A stretch of DNA of 64,000 nucleotides from Stylophora pistillata (taxonomy: Eukaryota), in contig NW_019218339.1 of NCBI RefSeq assembly GCF_002571385.2, positions 1 through 64,000 on the forward strand. Direction: 5' to 3'. A program made the translations under genes and the position numbers. Position 1 is the stretch's first letter. Every line of letters begins with the position of its first letter. Below, piece after piece: positions 62,001-64,000 of this stretch. A model generated the notes under the pieces. That model saw only the letters and a list, made by a program, of their open reading frames with translations. It did not search any database and was not told the DNA's origin.

Positions 62001-63010
62001 ATGTGTAGAGGAAAATATTAGATGCCTGAAAAGTGTCAATGTAAACCTTGGAGAAAGATATGACAACAGTACTTTATTCCTTAGATGAGGAATGTTGTTG
62101 ACATGGATAACAATTTGATATAAAAAAAAAAAAAAACAAATTTACTGATTGGTTGAAATGGGATAAGAGAAAATAACATAAGCTATACGAAGGAAACAAC
62201 GAGAAAGAGCCCCACGACTTTAACCCACGAATGATGCAGGTCTATAATCACAAATATCCAACCACAAAACCCTATTCATTTTAAATGTTATGAATAAGGG
62301 AATATAAATTGTAGTGTTTGAACAAGACCTCAGAATCTTTGTTCAGTGTAATCGTTGCGCAGCACTTTTTAAGTTACGTCTCTATTTGAAGCTGTTAGAT
62401 TACAACACTTTTTGAACGTGGGAAAAGTATTTCTTTAAACGTAAGATCCCATACGAAGGACATGATGCGCTGCTGATCAATATCTGTTCCTTAAATTGAT
62501 GGTGTAAATTTCGTACGTTCCTTTATTAAAATATAGTATCCGCTTATTGTTCTTGTTATACAATTGGATGGTACATCCTTGAGACAATCTGGAAGCCCCT
62601 ATGCAAATACATATCCAGATTTTCAAGTAATAGCGCTTTGGTCCACTAAGGCGTGAGGCCTACAGAAGTGTACCAAAAGGGAAAGTAAGCCCCAAATTCT
62701 ACTTCTAACACTGTCCAATATTGATCCTTTAAACTAAAATTTAACAACGTTTTAGTTCCACCGTCAATAGAGTATATTACCAATGATACCAATGTGAATG
62801 AGACTGATGATGTCACTCTGTTCTGTAACTCAACTGGAAACCCTGTTCCAAAAATTACGTGGGTATTTGGCTTGGATGGGAGGATCATTGGAACTCAAGA
62901 AACTTTAACCTTGTCTCATGTCAAGAGAAACCAATCCGGAACGTACTGGTGTAGTGCAGCCAATGGTGTGAAGAGACCAAGGAACGACAGCGTGCGTGTG
63001 ACGATAAACT
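59020..63010 (+). CDS. Gene 5: IgSF protein SP-atypical V-I-I (3' end beyond window)
   Basis: Exons 59020-59119 (hydrophobic signal VIIFLSLTTLSLPVS), 59214-59579 (V-like, VTLEWNF..DDKADFCLKV), 61666-61926 (ITCHTTGIPTPNVTW..DGLYWC), 62756-63010 (LFCNSTGNPVPKITW..SGTYWC). All phase 1 and open. Confidence 0.85.
60705..60734. mobile_element. 30-bp hairpin element with 7-bp TSD (copy 2)
   Basis: TTCTATT|CATAGTTAGTAG-AGGGAG-CTACTAACTATG|TTCTATT. Confidence 0.7.
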
Positions 63011-64000
63011 GTGAGTCAAAAGAAAGAACTTTAATTAGCTTCTAACTAATTATATTACGGTATCTAACTAACGCACATTTGAGTAATGACTTACTACTAT
63101 ATGCGAATTAATCCAATACCACTGTAATTTTCAAATCTGAACGAAATGGTAATTTAAATTTTAAATGGATTTGGTGCATCGATCTATTTTGCCAGGTGAA
63201 ATTCAACTGAGTTTCGCTCATGTTTACTTTAAGTACTCAATGACGTCTGGTGTTAGATGAACTAACTTTAAAATATTTAGATGAAATTATATTATACACG
63301 ATTCAGATCCTTAAAGGGAAAGTACGGTCTGGAAAAAGTTTACTTACATGAAAATTTCTTTGCTTGCATTGTTGCATTGTCCTAATTGGGTATTTATTTG
63401 AGCTAAACGCGGTTTAGTTGCGAACGATTACGTTCCAAAATTCGGCATTTCCAAATTCAAATCCGCCATCTTTGATGTTTGAAGTATCAATAGTCAAGCA
63501 AGCTCAATTTATATCGCTGCTGAAGTGGATGTAAACAAAGAAAACCGGTGAGAAGAGCGCCACTTATTGAATTCTCGACTTTGATTTTAATCTAGCCGAG
63601 AGGGTGTAATACATCCATTTGAGTTTCAAACGAGACATGGCTCGCCTTCAGCATGGGGAAGGAGATACCTTTGCTGAGGAGAAAGAGACAGAAAGTCAGG
63701 AAAATGAGTCTCAAGAAAAAACGTCGACCCGCTCAGTCGCTCACGTCTGGGAAATCGCGAGTGGTTCTCCTGCAGTAATTGTAGTGAGAAACCAACGGAA
63801 AACGACAATGCATGCTCCTAAGAATTAAATGTACTAAGACACCGACTCAATTTGAAAGGCAAAGGTCTTTTCCACAAACAAATCCAAGCTGTAGAGTGAT
63901 AGTTATTTTGCTAAAGAAGACCGCAGTGCCCGCGACGGATTCCTTTACAGGAACCCAGCTTCGGTGTATAACTAAACACGAGCCATTTGGAACTAAAAAC

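Noticed and set aside
63311-64000. Possible DNA transposon end (TTAAAGGG..) and acidic ORF 63619-63828
   Set aside because: The other end is outside the window and I recognise no domain; probably an intronic repeat.

Overview
This is AT-rich, intron-containing eukaryotic DNA with N-gaps (draft scaffold). The repeat types and protein content suggest an anthozoan cnidarian, probably a stony coral (inference). The window is a dense immunoglobulin-superfamily (IgSF) cluster with five loci. Gene 1 (+, ~10.4-25.5 kb) is a decayed tandem array of phase-1 Ig exons built from a repeating 4-exon unit. Gene 2 (-, 26.2-26.8 kb) has a signal peptide and a canonical V-set exon, with no further exons visible. 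Gene 3 (+, 28831-38529, 16 exons) and gene 4 (-, 55602-42176, 20 exons) are convergent paralogs encoding a secreted mosaic serine protease: SP-IgV-SRCR(x2 or x6)-MAM-Ig(x7)-S1 protease. Both have a Gln-Ile activation site, a non-trypsin S1 pocket, and discrete ORF lesions. Gene 5 (+, from 59020) encodes SP-V-I-I and runs off the window. Genes 2/3 and 4/5 form two head-to-head pairs. The V domains of genes 3, 4 and 5 have Trp in place of the B-strand Cys, while the homologous V of gene 2 is canonical. Mobile DNA includes nested Penelope-like elements with hammerhead motifs, LINE fragments, tRNA-SINEs, several MITEs, a 144-bp solo-LTR-like insert and two copies of a 30-bp hairpin with 7-bp target-site duplications. 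All exon boundaries were read by eye from splice signals and phase; no database searches were run.
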